From a bacterium (lineage in GTDB: Bacteria > J088 > JAWLBW01), in the NCBI GenBank assembly GCA_041690355.1, contig JAWLHK010000001.1, forward strand, positions 310,001 through 361,375: a DNA stretch of 51,375 nucleotides, written 5' to 3'. The notes beneath the pieces are model-generated. The model saw only the letters and a program-made list of their open reading frames with translations. It was not told the DNA's origin and did not search any database. Of this stretch, positions 1 through 9,012 are shown in pieces. Position numbers and translations under genes: made by a program. The stretch's first letter is position 1; every line of letters begins with the position of its first letter.

Positions 1-1603
1 GCTGTTCGCTGCCGGTCAAGCCGTCGACCAGCAGGCGGTTGATGAACCCTCCGAGCTCTTCGTCGGCATACAGGGCGTCGGGCACCTCGCGGGCCTGATC
101 GTCTGCCCCCGGATCCCACTCGAGCAGGATCGAGGCGGCGCGCCGCAGAAGCGGATCGGAAAACTTGTCGACGAAGCGCAGGTCGCGGAACGTCGGGATG
201 AGTTTCGGGTAATGCAGAAGAAGTTTGACGACCATGACTTCTTCCTGGGGAAAACGGGCCAGCGTCGAGAGCTGCGCCGCCGGGGCCTCGACCCGCGGAC
301 GCTCACGCGAGGCCTGCACGAGCCGGCTCGCGATCTGATGGCGCAGATTGCCCTCGTCGAACTGCGAGCGCTCGGCCACCTTCTTGAGGTAGAGCGAGCG
401 CTCGAACGGATCGCGCAGCCGCGCAACGGTATCGAGTGCGTGGCGCACCCAGCCGGCCACACCGGGGGCGTCCTTGGGGGCCTTGTCCCAGGCGCGGTTG
501 AGAAAGTAGCCGACGAGCGGTTCGGCGTTCTTCAGCCGTTCGCGCAGGGCGTCGCCGCCGTGGCGCAGGACGAAATCATCGGGATCGAGGTTGTCTTCGA
601 GACGCACCATGCGCGCCGGAATGCCGACCTCGAGCACAAGATCGACGGCGCGCTCGGCGGCCTTTTCACCCGCATTGTCGCCGTCGAATAGAAAAACCGC
701 CGACGAGGCGTAGCGCTGCACGAGGTCGAGGTGTTCGCGCGTGAGGGCCGTGCCGAGCGGCGCGACGACGTTGCGGATCCCCGCCTGCCAGAGCGCGATG
801 ACGTCGACGTAACCCTCGACGAAGACGACGTAGCCTTCGCGCCCGATGGCGGGAATCGCTTCGGACAGCCCGTAGAGGGTCTGCCCCTTCTTGAAGAGCG
901 CCGTTTCGGGGGAATTCAGGTATTTCGGCGTTTCGTCGCCGAGGGCCCGCCCGCCGAAGCCGACGACATGGCCGCGCGTGTCCCGGATGGGGAAGACGAT
1001 GCGGTTGCGGAACATGTCGTAGTAGTCGTGCTTCTTGACGATGAGCCCGAGCTCGGCCGCCATGGCCAGATCGGCCCCCTTCTTGCGCAGAAATTCGACG
1101 AGCGTCGTCCACTGGTTCGGGGCGTAGCCGATCTGAAAGGCGGCGACAGCCGCTTCTTCGAGCCTGCGTTTTTCAAGGTAGGCCCGGGCCTCGGCGGCCG
1201 ACTGCTGCGATTTACGCAGGATCTGGTGATAGAACTGGGCGACGAGATCCTGCAGGTCTTCGAGCCGGCGCTTCTTCTCACGCCGCTTCTCCCAGTCGGG
1301 GCTGACCGTGCGCTCGGGCAGCGCCACGCCGGCCTCGCGGGCCAGCTCTTCGAGGGCCTCGGGAAAGCTGAGGCCGCGGATCTTCATCAGAAAGCCCAGC
1401 GCGTCGCCGTTGGCCTGGCAGCCGAAGCAGTAGAAGACCCCTTTGGCTTCGTTGACCGAGAAGCTGGGGCTCTTTTCGGTATGAAACGGGCAGAGACCGA
1501 CGAGATTCTTCCCTCCGCGACGCAGCGTCGTGTACCGCCCCACGAGGGTGGCGATGTTCACGCGACGCTTGACTTCGTCGATGATGGAGGGATCGACAAT
1601 CAC
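1..1603 (-). CDS. dnaG: DNA primase (C-terminus runs off the window start)
   Basis: Absent from the ORF track because it has no stop in the window. Manual translation from GTG 1603 gives MIVDPSIIDEVKRRVNIATLVGRYTTLRRGGKNLVGLCPFHTEKSPSFSVNEAKGVFYCFGC (CHC2 zinc finger). The in-frame Toprim motif VEGYVDVIAL...LGTALT...FDGDNAG follows. The start overlaps the upstream stop (GTGA). Confidence 0.96.
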   Translation of the reverse strand, partial: MIVDPSIIDEVKRRVNIATLVGRYTTLRRGGKNLVGLCPFHTEKSPSFSVNEAKGVFYCFGCQANGDALGFLMKIRGLSFPEALEELAREAGVALPERTVSPDWEKRREKKRRLEDLQDLVAQFYHQILRKSQQSAAEARAYLEKRRLEEAAVAAFQIGYAPNQWTTLVEFLRKKGADLAMAAELGLIVKKHDYYDMFRNRIVFPIRDTRGHVVGFGGRALGDETPKYLNSPETALFKKGQTLYGLSEAIPAIGREGYVVFVEGYVDVIALWQAGIRNVVAPLGTALTREHLDLVQRYASSAVFLFDGDNAGEKAAERAVDLVLEVGIPARMVRLEDNLDPDDFVLRHGGDALRERLKNAEPLVGYFLNRAWDKAPKDAPGVAGWVRHALDTVARLRDPFERSLYLKKVAERSQFDEGNLRHQIASRLVQASRERPRVEAPAAQLSTLARFPQEEVMVVKLLLHYPKLIPTFRDLRFVDKFSDPLLRRAASILLEWDPGADDQAREVPDALYADEELGGFINRLLVDGLTGSEQ

Positions 1604-2055
1604 TTCGCGGCCCCCGCCAGTCTCTCGCGCACCCGTGCGCTCACGATCTTGCCGTCGGCGCGCCCCTTCACGTGGGGCATGAGCGCCGCCATGACCTTGC
1701 CCATGTCGCCGGGCGAGGCGGCTCCGCTTTCTGCGACGGCCCGCTCGATCAGGCCGTCGAGCTCTTCGGTCGACAGCTGCGCGGGCATGTACTGTTCGAT
1801 GACGGCCAGCTCACTCTTCTCGCGCTCGGCGACGTCGTCGCGCCCGGCCGCCTCGGCCTCGGCGATGGCGTCGCGGCGCTTCTTGATGATGGAGCTCAGG
1901 GCGTCGACCGTCTCCTCTTCGGTGAGCGGGGCGCGCTTGTCGATTTCGCGGTTCTTCAGCTCGGCGAGCACCATGCGCACGGTGGTCAGGGCCACCGCGT
2001 CCTTGCTGCGCATGGCCGTTTTCATGTCTTCGCGAAGCCGTTCGAGGGTCGTCAT
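1600..2055 (-). CDS. GatB/YqeY domain protein
   Basis: MTTLERLREDMKTAMRSKD...IKKRRDAI...ELAVIEQYMPAQLS...DMGKVM...GRADGK is the typical YqeY pattern; usual position upstream of dnaG. Start trimmed to ATG 2055. Confidence 0.92.
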   Translation of the reverse strand: MTTLERLREDMKTAMRSKDAVALTTVRMVLAELKNREIDKRAPLTEEETVDALSSIIKKRRDAIAEAEAAGRDDVAEREKSELAVIEQYMPAQLSTEELDGLIERAVAESGAASPGDMGKVMAALMPHVKGRADGKIVSARVRERLAGAAK

Positions 2056-2117
2056 ATTCAGGTTCAACTCCAGCGCCGGGGCCGTGTTCAGGCTCTGCCG
2101 GCGAAAACAATTCTCAC

Positions 2118-2146
2118 ACCGTAGCAACCTCTTTCCGGAGCGTCAA
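2118..2146 (-). promoter_or_regulatory. sigma70-type promoter for yqeY-dnaG
   Basis: Minus strand TTGACG-17 bp-TACGGT with TG extended -10. Confidence 0.6.
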
Positions 2147-2235
2147 GAAGTCTGAAACCGGAAAGAGATCGCCAGCCATTTTCACCACTTAAGGCCGCCC
2201 AAACCGTGCTACATAGCGGCCTGAAATACACGAAC

Positions 2236-2928
2236 TCACGAACCCGCCTCCGAGGCCTGCGCGGGTTTGCGGGCGGCCTTCTCGTCCAGTCCTGAACGGC
2301 CGAAGCGGCGCTCCAGTTCCGCAAAGATCCGGGCGGGGGCGACGTCGTGACGGGCCAGAAGCACCAAACTGTGGAACCAGAGGTCGGCCGCCTCGTGCAC
2401 GAGATCCTTTTCGCCCAGGTCGCGCCGGCTCGCATCGACCAGCTCGCCCGCCTCTTCCGTAACCTTGGCGAAGATCGCCTCGGGCCCTTTCTCGAAGAGC
2501 GAGCTCACGTAACTGCGTTCTCCCCCGGCCTGGCGGCGGCTCTGAATCACCTGATAGACGGCGTCGAGTACGGCCGCGGGCGCGGGGGGCTGTTCCGACT
2601 CCCCCTCGGGGGTCGCGAAGAAACAGGTCGGGTGCAGGGTGTGGCAGGCCGGCCCCGTCTGATCGACGATCAGCAGCACGGCGTCGCCGTCGCAGTCGAG
2701 GCGCATCTCGCGCAGGCGCTGGACGTGCCCCGACTCTTCGCCCTTCTTCCACAGCTTCGCCCGCGAGCGGCTGTAATAGTGGGCCTCGCCCGTCTGGTGG
2801 GTCCGCTCGATCGCCTCCCGGTTCTGCCAGGCGAGCATGAGCACGACCCCGCTGGTCGCGTCGCGCGCAATGGCCGGCACCAGGCCGCGCTCATCGAAAC
2901 GGACCCTCGCAAGAAACTCTTCTAACAT
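2236..2928 (-). CDS. hisIE: Bifunctional phosphoribosyl-AMP cyclohydrolase / phosphoribosyl-ATP pyrophosphatase
   Basis: YYSRSR...[22 protein letters not shown]...TCFF (HisI), followed by SYVSSLF...KVTEEAGE...EAADLWFH (HisE). Start trimmed to ATG 2928. Confidence 0.95.
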   Translation of the reverse strand: MLEEFLARVRFDERGLVPAIARDATSGVVLMLAWQNREAIERTHQTGEAHYYSRSRAKLWKKGEESGHVQRLREMRLDCDGDAVLLIVDQTGPACHTLHPTCFFATPEGESEQPPAPAAVLDAVYQVIQSRRQAGGERSYVSSLFEKGPEAIFAKVTEEAGELVDASRRDLGEKDLVHEAADLWFHSLVLLARHDVAPARIFAELERRFGRSGLDEKAARKPAQASEAGS

Positions 2929-3061
2929 CTTGAATTCGCTTAGTAAATGAGCAAAACGAGCCGCCACGGCCGGGGCGTTCCTGCCCCGCCCCACGCCTTC
3001 TCAGGGGGAAACGACGACCGCAGGTGGCTCTCCTCAGAGGGCCCCTTCGGGTCGTGACCCC

Positions 3062-3091
3062 ATTATACTCCCGCGGGTCCGCAACGGGCAA
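3062..3091 (-). promoter_or_regulatory. sigma70-type promoter upstream of hisIE
   Basis: Minus strand TTGCCC-18 bp-TATAAT. Confidence 0.55.
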
Positions 3092-3176
3092 CGGGAGGGC
3101 AGACCGCCTCGCGCCTGCCCGTTGCCACCGGGGTTCAACGGTATCATCCCCGGTCCCGGGGGGCGGGGGTGGGGGG

Positions 3177-4115
3177 CTACCGGGCGACCGGAGCCTTGAG
3201 ACCGGCGCGAAATCGTTCGGCCGCCTCCCGTTCTGCGTCGTGGATCTTGAAGCGGTTGTGCAGCCAGAAATAGGCGTCGGGCTGCTCGCGGATCCACTCG
3301 GTCGTCGGATCGAGAATGGCCTGGGTCAGGCGCTGCACGTCGACGGCTTCGTCGCCCGTGCGGGGCACGTCGAGAGCCGGATGAAAGCGGAAGGTCATCC
3401 CCTGCTTCGTGCGGAAGACGCGGATGGGCAGAAGTTTCAGGTCGCCGCGCAGGCTGAGCACGGCCGACCCCGCCATGGCCGCCACCGGATGGCCGTGGAT
3501 GTCGACCCAGACCCCCTTGCCGTTGGCGGCGCGCTGATCGACGAAGACGCCGTAGTCGACCCCGGCGGTCACGAGATCCTTCAGCGCGGTCACGGCGCCG
3601 CGCTGGCTCACGGCGATGACCCCGAACCTCTGCCGCCGCCAGGTCACGTACCGGTCGACCGCTTCGTTATGGATCCGCTTCATGACGACGTGAAAGGGGC
3701 GCCCGGTGAAGTGCGGAAACGTGGTCGCCCACTCCCACATCCCCTGGTGCGAGCCGTAGAGGATGACCGAGCGCCCGTCGGCGTGGGCCGCCTCATAGTG
3801 CTCGAGCCCCTCGAGATGCACGTAGCGGGCCACGTTTTCCGGCGTGAAGTTCTCGGCCCAGATGAATTCCGCAATCGCTAGCCCGAAGCCGACATAGGCC
3901 TCGCGCACGCCGCGCTCGAGCCGGGCGGCGTCCCACTCGTCGCCGAACATGCACTCCAGATTCCGCCTTACGACCGACTTGCGGATGGGAACGACATAAT
4001 AGGCGAACAGCCCCAGCGCGCGCCCCATCGCCCGCGACCAGGCCAGCGGCACGATGCGGAAGGGGAGCATGATCAGACGGACGAGGGGGAACCAGAGGCG
4101 GTCGACGAAACGCAT
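3177..4115 (-). CDS. Lipid A biosynthesis acyltransferase (LpxL/HtrB family)
   Basis: N-terminal membrane segment, GLEH, catalytic HxxxxE motif SHQGMWE, FVDQ, and C-terminal PDAYFWLHNRFK. Confidence 0.88.
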   Translation of the reverse strand: MRFVDRLWFPLVRLIMLPFRIVPLAWSRAMGRALGLFAYYVVPIRKSVVRRNLECMFGDEWDAARLERGVREAYVGFGLAIAEFIWAENFTPENVARYVHLEGLEHYEAAHADGRSVILYGSHQGMWEWATTFPHFTGRPFHVVMKRIHNEAVDRYVTWRRQRFGVIAVSQRGAVTALKDLVTAGVDYGVFVDQRAANGKGVWVDIHGHPVAAMAGSAVLSLRGDLKLLPIRVFRTKQGMTFRFHPALDVPRTGDEAVDVQRLTQAILDPTTEWIREQPDAYFWLHNRFKIHDAEREAAERFRAGLKAPVAR

Positions 4116-4270
4116 TCCGCCAGTGTAGCAAGCCCGCACCCGCAGGCCAAACGGTTGCCGCCACGGGCGTTCCCGGGCGTTTTCCCGCTCCCGCCGCGGG
4201 TCCGCGGTATCCAGGAATTCCGCAGGCCGAATCGTTTGCCGCCCCCCGGCCGAGCGACTAGAATGTAGCC

Positions 4271-6544
4271 ATGCCGAAGCTGCGTTATCTCGGCGTGGCC
4301 GCGGGCGCCGCGCTCTCCCTGGCCTGCGCTGAACCCGAGGCCGTCTGCCGGATCGCCGACACGACCGCGCACACGGTTTCGGTGGAGTACGGCAAGGCCG
4401 TCGAACTGAAGCCTTCGCTGTGTCCGGGCGTCAAGCCCGAGAGCACGACGACGAGCTGGAGCATCGACCGCAAGATCGTCGCCGAGACGTCTACCTACCG
4501 TTTTCTAGCCTGCCCCCGCTTCAAGGGGACGACGCAGACCGTGCAGGCCGACATCGAGCGCGACGGCGTGCGCGCGACGGCGAAGTGGAACGTGACGGTG
4601 GGCAGCGCCGCCCCGAAGCACCGGCAGTGCTCGGCCGGCGTCGAGGTGTCTGACGTCATCGACGCCATCCGCCGGGGCGACTTCTACGGCAAAGCAACCG
4701 GCCTCAACTTCCGCGAAGCCGTCAGCTGCCTCGACACGGCCCTCGAAGACTATCCCTGCGACATCGACGTCGCCTTCTGGGCCGCCTACGCCGATCTCCT
4801 CCTCTTCGCGCAGCAGGCGCCGGCGCAGTTTTTCGTCTCGAGCGTCGGCGAAGAGTCGCTCAGTTCGCTCGTCGACCGCTCGGTGGATCCGGTCATCGCC
4901 CGCTTCGATCTGCTGGCCGCCGAGATGCCGGCCGAGAACAGCTACGTCGCCGACGGATTCGCCTTTCAGCCCATCGGCATGCCCGAGCTCACCTTCGATC
5001 CCGGCGGCGAGTGGGATGCCGGCGACGCCCTCGTCGTCGACGCCCTCCTCCACCTCTTCAAGGGGGGAATCAAGTTCGTGAGCGGCTACAACGGCGCGCT
5101 CGATTTCGCCTTCATGGTCGCCCGGCACGGCGTAGTGGGCCCGCGCCTGCTGATCGATCCGGTCCCCCCCGAATCGTTCCAGAAGGAGCTCATCGAGACG
5201 CTCGAGAAGAATCCTCGATTTCTCACGCTGGTCGAAGGCGGCGTGGGACAGGAACGCCTCGCCACTGCCCGGGCGGCCCTCATCACCGGCCTCACCCGCT
5301 TCGACGAGGCGGTCACCTTCGTCAAGGGCGAGCGTGACGATCAGCGTAACGACATCTTCCGCTACTTCGACTGCGGCGGCGACGCCGTCTGCCCCCCCGA
5401 ACACTCGCGCGACGCCGTGCGCGGCGACGGCGGCGAGCTGCTGACCCGCGACGACGACGGCGACGGCCAGTACGACCCCGACACCGATCTGTATCTGGAT
5501 CGGAATCAGAACGGACGCTACGATCCCCCCTGGCTCAAGGCCGGCCCCGACGCGGGCGAGGCCGACGGGCAGTACTCCGACGGCGAAACGATCGGCACCG
5601 ATGCCTTTCCCCAGCGCATCGGACTCACCGTGCAGCCGCTCGCCCAGGATTTTCTGCGCGACCTGGCGAAGAATCTGCGCGGGCCCGATCCGCTCGACCT
5701 GACCAAGTACCTGCAGCTCAACCAGAGCGCCCTCGTGCTTGGTTTTCTGGCGAGCGGCGTGAACATCCCGAGCCTGCGCCTGAGCCGCTGGTTCGAGAAC
5801 CCCCGCGACGGGCGCGACTTTTTTCCGCTGTGGAACCGGACGGAGCGCCGCTTCTTCATCGATCGCGAAGAAGAACGCTGGAGCGACTGGGGCTACGACC
5901 AGCTGCCGAGCCTTCAGGAAACCGTCGTGCGCTGCCCCGACCGCAGCTACGTCCGGCGCGCGGCCGATCCCCATGGCGACGATTACCATCCCGCCACCAA
6001 CTCCGACGACGGCTGCGACAACAATGAAGATCGGCTCGGGCTCGCCGACGAAGCGAACGGACGCGACTTTGGCACCGAGGGTAACGGGATGTTCGACTTC
6101 TGGGACGTGAATGCGAACGGCCGCCACGACGGCTGCCCCGACCCGGGCGCCGGCAGCTGCGAGAAGGCCGAGAAGTTCGCAGACGCCGGCCTCTGGAGCG
6201 GCGGCGCCCTGCGCCCGAACACGTTGGGGAACGGCCGGTGGGACGCCACCGACATGAAGCACCTCTGGCCCAGCGGCTCCAACGTGGGCGGCCGCCCGGT
6301 CGACCTGGCCGAGGATCCGCGCAACGGCACCCTGCAGGACGTGCATTTCGTCACGAACACGCAGCCGGTTTCACAGCCGCTGGTCGATCCGGTCTACTAC
6401 TTCTTTCCCGACGCCCAGTTTCACGGCGTACTGATCTTCGACGAGCCGACGGTCAATGCCGACGGCCAGCCCCTGACCCACAATGCGGAACTGATGCGCC
6501 TCGTCTCGAAACTGGTCCAGGCGGGCCGGCAGACGCGGCGCTGA
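4271..6544 (+). CDS. Large hypothetical lipoprotein with DxDxDG-like calcium-binding loops
   Basis: 757-aa ORF with GC-biased codon usage and lipobox LSLA-C. Acidic loops DDDGDGQYDP, DRNQNGRYDP and DVNANGRHDG; many Cys. Promoter TTGCCG-17-TAGAAT lies just upstream. Confidence 0.8.
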   Translation: MPKLRYLGVAAGAALSLACAEPEAVCRIADTTAHTVSVEYGKAVELKPSLCPGVKPESTTTSWSIDRKIVAETSTYRFLACPRFKGTTQTVQADIERDGVRATAKWNVTVGSAAPKHRQCSAGVEVSDVIDAIRRGDFYGKATGLNFREAVSCLDTALEDYPCDIDVAFWAAYADLLLFAQQAPAQFFVSSVGEESLSSLVDRSVDPVIARFDLLAAEMPAENSYVADGFAFQPIGMPELTFDPGGEWDAGDALVVDALLHLFKGGIKFVSGYNGALDFAFMVARHGVVGPRLLIDPVPPESFQKELIETLEKNPRFLTLVEGGVGQERLATARAALITGLTRFDEAVTFVKGERDDQRNDIFRYFDCGGDAVCPPEHSRDAVRGDGGELLTRDDDGDGQYDPDTDLYLDRNQNGRYDPPWLKAGPDAGEADGQYSDGETIGTDAFPQRIGLTVQPLAQDFLRDLAKNLRGPDPLDLTKYLQLNQSALVLGFLASGVNIPSLRLSRWFENPRDGRDFFPLWNRTERRFFIDREEERWSDWGYDQLPSLQETVVRCPDRSYVRRAADPHGDDYHPATNSDDGCDNNEDRLGLADEANGRDFGTEGNGMFDFWDVNANGRHDGCPDPGAGSCEKAEKFADAGLWSGGALRPNTLGNGRWDATDMKHLWPSGSNVGGRPVDLAEDPRNGTLQDVHFVTNTQPVSQPLVDPVYYFFPDAQFHGVLIFDEPTVNADGQPLTHNAELMRLVSKLVQAGRQTRR

Positions 6545-6550
6545 GCAGGA

Positions 6551-6728
6551 GTTACGAGTTACGAGTGACGAATCAGGGCAATTGACAATTTACGATTGAC
6601 GATTGACGATTTGCCCGTGACAAGTGACGAATTCGGAGAGGGAGCGCAGAGTCCTGGTGACCGCGCTTGCCCTTGTCTGGTCCCCCACTCTCCCCCTCCC
6701 CCACTCTCCCCCTCCCCCGCTCCCCCAC
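6551..6728. repeat. Intergenic heptamer and octamer tandem repeats
   Basis: GTTACGA/GTGACGA x3 (6551-6571), ATTGACG-type array (6579-6611), GTGACAA GTGACGA (6617-6630) and TCCCCCAC/TCTCCCCC octamers x6 (6681-6728), all between two convergent stops. Confidence 0.85.
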
Positions 6729-6757
6729 TCCTGCATCCTGCAGGCGGCGACCTACGG

Positions 6758-7531
6758 TCACCCCCCCACGAGCCGCCGCACAATCGCCACCACGGTCGCC
6801 ATGGGCAGCGCCTCGACCCGCTCCTGTCCGGTCAGTCCGAGTTCCCCCAGCAGGGCCGGATCGCCGCCGAGCGCCTTCATGCGGTTGTTCAACGTCTTGC
6901 GGCGCTCGAGAAAGAGCTGAAAAAGCTTGTCCAGAAAGCGTTTCTCTTCCGCCGCCGAGAGACCGAGCGGAAACTGGAACTGCTCACGCACCGTGAAGCG
7001 CAGCACGGTGGAATCCACCCGCGGCGGTGGCCGGAAGGACTGCGGGCCGAGGTCCATGATCCGCTCGATGCGGGTCGCGTTCTGAATCATGATCGTCAGC
7101 GGACCCCACTCCTTGCTCCCCGGCGCGGCGAGCAGGCGATCGGCCAGCTCCTTCTGCAGCATGAGCACCCAGCGCGGGAAACGCGCTCGCTCGGCGTAGA
7201 AGCGCGTGAGCAGCGGCTTGCTCACGTTGTAGGGCAGGTTCGACACGAGCGTGAACGGACCGTCGCCCAGGGTTGCGAAGTCGAAGCGGGTGGCGTCGGC
7301 GATGCGCAGGTCCAGCCCGGGGAACTTGTCGCGCAGCAGCGGCTCGAGATCCTTGTCGGCCTCGATCGCCGTTACGTCGGCACCGGTGCGCAGCAGCCGC
7401 TCGGTGAGCACGCCGCGGCCCGGGCCGATCTCGAGAGCACGGTCTCCGGGTGCGAGCTCTGCGACGCGCACGATGTGATCGGCGGCGCCGGGATTGACGA
7501 GAAAGTGCTGGCCGAATGATTTCTTGGCCAT
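6758..7531 (-). CDS. rsmA: 16S rRNA (adenine1518/1519)-dimethyltransferase
   Basis: MAKKSFGQHFL, LEIGPGRGVLT, VSNLPYNV, MLQKELADRL, FRPPPRVDS. ATG overlaps the tatC stop. Confidence 0.95.
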   Translation of the reverse strand: MAKKSFGQHFLVNPGAADHIVRVAELAPGDRALEIGPGRGVLTERLLRTGADVTAIEADKDLEPLLRDKFPGLDLRIADATRFDFATLGDGPFTLVSNLPYNVSKPLLTRFYAERARFPRWVLMLQKELADRLLAAPGSKEWGPLTIMIQNATRIERIMDLGPQSFRPPPRVDSTVLRFTVREQFQFPLGLSAAEEKRFLDKLFQLFLERRKTLNNRMKALGGDPALLGELGLTGQERVEALPMATVVAIVRRLVGG

Positions 7532-8352
7532 CAGGCGCCTTCCGGCGAGTCGTCTTCGTCCACCAGGTTCCCCTCGGCGTCGACGAGCACGGGCTGGTTG
7601 CGGTAGACGATGCGGGCCACGAGAACCGACCCCTCGAAGAGCACGTAGAGCGGAACCGCCATGACCAGCATCGAGAGCGCGTCGGCCGGCGTGAAGATTG
7701 CCGAGATGACGGCGATGGCGAGCACGGCCCACTGCCGGTTCTTCGCCAGCTGCTGGGGTGTCATGATGCCGAACTTGGCGAGCAGAAAGATCACCAGCGG
7801 CATCTCGAACATGGCGCCGAAGCCGAGAAACATCTGCGTCGCAAAATCCAGGTACTCGTGAATCGAGAGCATCGGCTCGAGCTCGGCGCTGCTGTAGCCC
7901 AGGAAATACTGAAAGGCGAAGGGAAACGCGATGAAGTACGCGAAGGCGACGCCCGTCGCGAAGAAAAAGAGCGCGCTGACAATGAACGGCACCACCCCCC
8001 TGCGCTCCTGCGGATACAGCGCCGGCGCGACGAAGGACCAGATCTGATAGAGCAGAAACGGGAGCGCCAGGATCAGGCCGCCGAAGATGCCGACCTTGAG
8101 GTCCACCAGAAACGGCTGCGCGAGCCCGGTGAAGACCATGCGTTTCTCGGCCCCTTCGGGCATGGCGTCGAGCAGCGGCTTCATCAGCCAGCCAAAGAGG
8201 ACCTGCGCGTTGGCGTAGGCGATGAAGAATCCGACGCCGATGCCGCCGAGCGCATAGACGAGCCGCTTGCGCAACTCGCGCAGGTGCTCGACGAGCGACA
8301 TGTTCTTCGGGTCGAAGTCCGCGGAGCGGTTTTCGGGGCGTGCCTCAGCCAT
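7531..8352 (-). CDS. tatC: Twin-arginine translocase subunit TatC
   Basis: MSLVEHLRELRKRL, YQIWSFVAPALYPQE, FEMPLV, FTPADALS, PLYVLFE. Confidence 0.96.
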   Translation of the reverse strand: MAEARPENRSADFDPKNMSLVEHLRELRKRLVYALGGIGVGFFIAYANAQVLFGWLMKPLLDAMPEGAEKRMVFTGLAQPFLVDLKVGIFGGLILALPFLLYQIWSFVAPALYPQERRGVVPFIVSALFFFATGVAFAYFIAFPFAFQYFLGYSSAELEPMLSIHEYLDFATQMFLGFGAMFEMPLVIFLLAKFGIMTPQQLAKNRQWAVLAIAVISAIFTPADALSMLVMAVPLYVLFEGSVLVARIVYRNQPVLVDAEGNLVDEDDSPEGA

Positions 8353-8908
8353 GCGCCTCGGGTTCGCCGGCTGTGGCGTCGATCAGCCCCTCGCCCTGAT
8401 CGACCGGGTTGCCGTCGAGATCGTAGTAGATCATGCCGCGCACGAGGCGCTTGCGTTGAAAGGGCTGGGGTGCGTCGGGATCGGCGGCTGCGCTCTCCAC
8501 GGGGGCAGCCGCATCAGCCGGAAGCGCGGCCGCAGGCGAGCCGGCGTCCGGCGGGAGCGCGGCTGCCGCGGCCAGAGCCGCGGGCGTCGCGGCCTCGAGC
8601 GGCTTGACGGCCGCCTGCAGCTCGCGGCGGGTCGACTGTACGGTATCGGCCGTGTCGCGGCGGAACTGCTCGGCGTCGCGGCGCACGCGCTGCAGGGTCT
8701 TCGTCCCCGCGCGGCGCAGCTCGTCGATCGGCTCACGCACTTCGCTCATCTCTTCGCGCACCGTTTCGCGCACGTCTTCCCAGGCGCGCCGCAGCTCCCA
8801 GGTCATGCGCCCGATGGTGCGCGCGAGCCCCGGAATTTTCTCCGGGCCCACGGCCACGAGAGCCACGATGGCGATAATCACCAGCTCGGTGAATCCGATG
8901 CCGAACAT
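8345..8908 (-). CDS. tatB: Twin-arginine translocase subunit TatB
   Basis: MFGIGFTELVIIAIVALVAVGPEKIPGLARTIG, an amphipathic helix and an Ala/Pro-rich tail; directly upstream of tatC. Confidence 0.9.
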   Translation of the reverse strand: MFGIGFTELVIIAIVALVAVGPEKIPGLARTIGRMTWELRRAWEDVRETVREEMSEVREPIDELRRAGTKTLQRVRRDAEQFRRDTADTVQSTRRELQAAVKPLEAATPAALAAAAALPPDAGSPAAALPADAAAPVESAAADPDAPQPFQRKRLVRGMIYYDLDGNPVDQGEGLIDATAGEPEAHG

Positions 8909-9012
8909 CGCAACAGTGTAGCAGAGACGCCCCCCGCGCCGTCAGGGCGCGCCTGCGCCGATGCCCGGCGTCGCCGCGGAATTCCGCAGGGCCGATAGGG
9001 AGCAACAACGGC

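Noticed and set aside
731..2155. 474-aa plus-strand ORF
   Set aside because: Antisense shadow of dnaG and yqeY, which carry clear motifs on the minus strand. Long shadow ORFs are expected in GC-rich DNA.
3040..3065. GGGTCGTGAC resembling the start of a ZMP/ZTP riboswitch near hisIE
   Set aside because: Wrong strand for hisIE, and it lacks the ACUGGCG and CGCCUGGGC elements.
4505..6346. 613-aa minus-strand ORF
   Set aside because: Antisense to the lipoprotein gene, which has the promoter and signal peptide; no motifs of its own.
6551..6728. Repeat arrays as a CRISPR array or IS ends
   Set aside because: The units are 7-8 bp with no unique spacers, and no cas or transposase gene is seen in the window.
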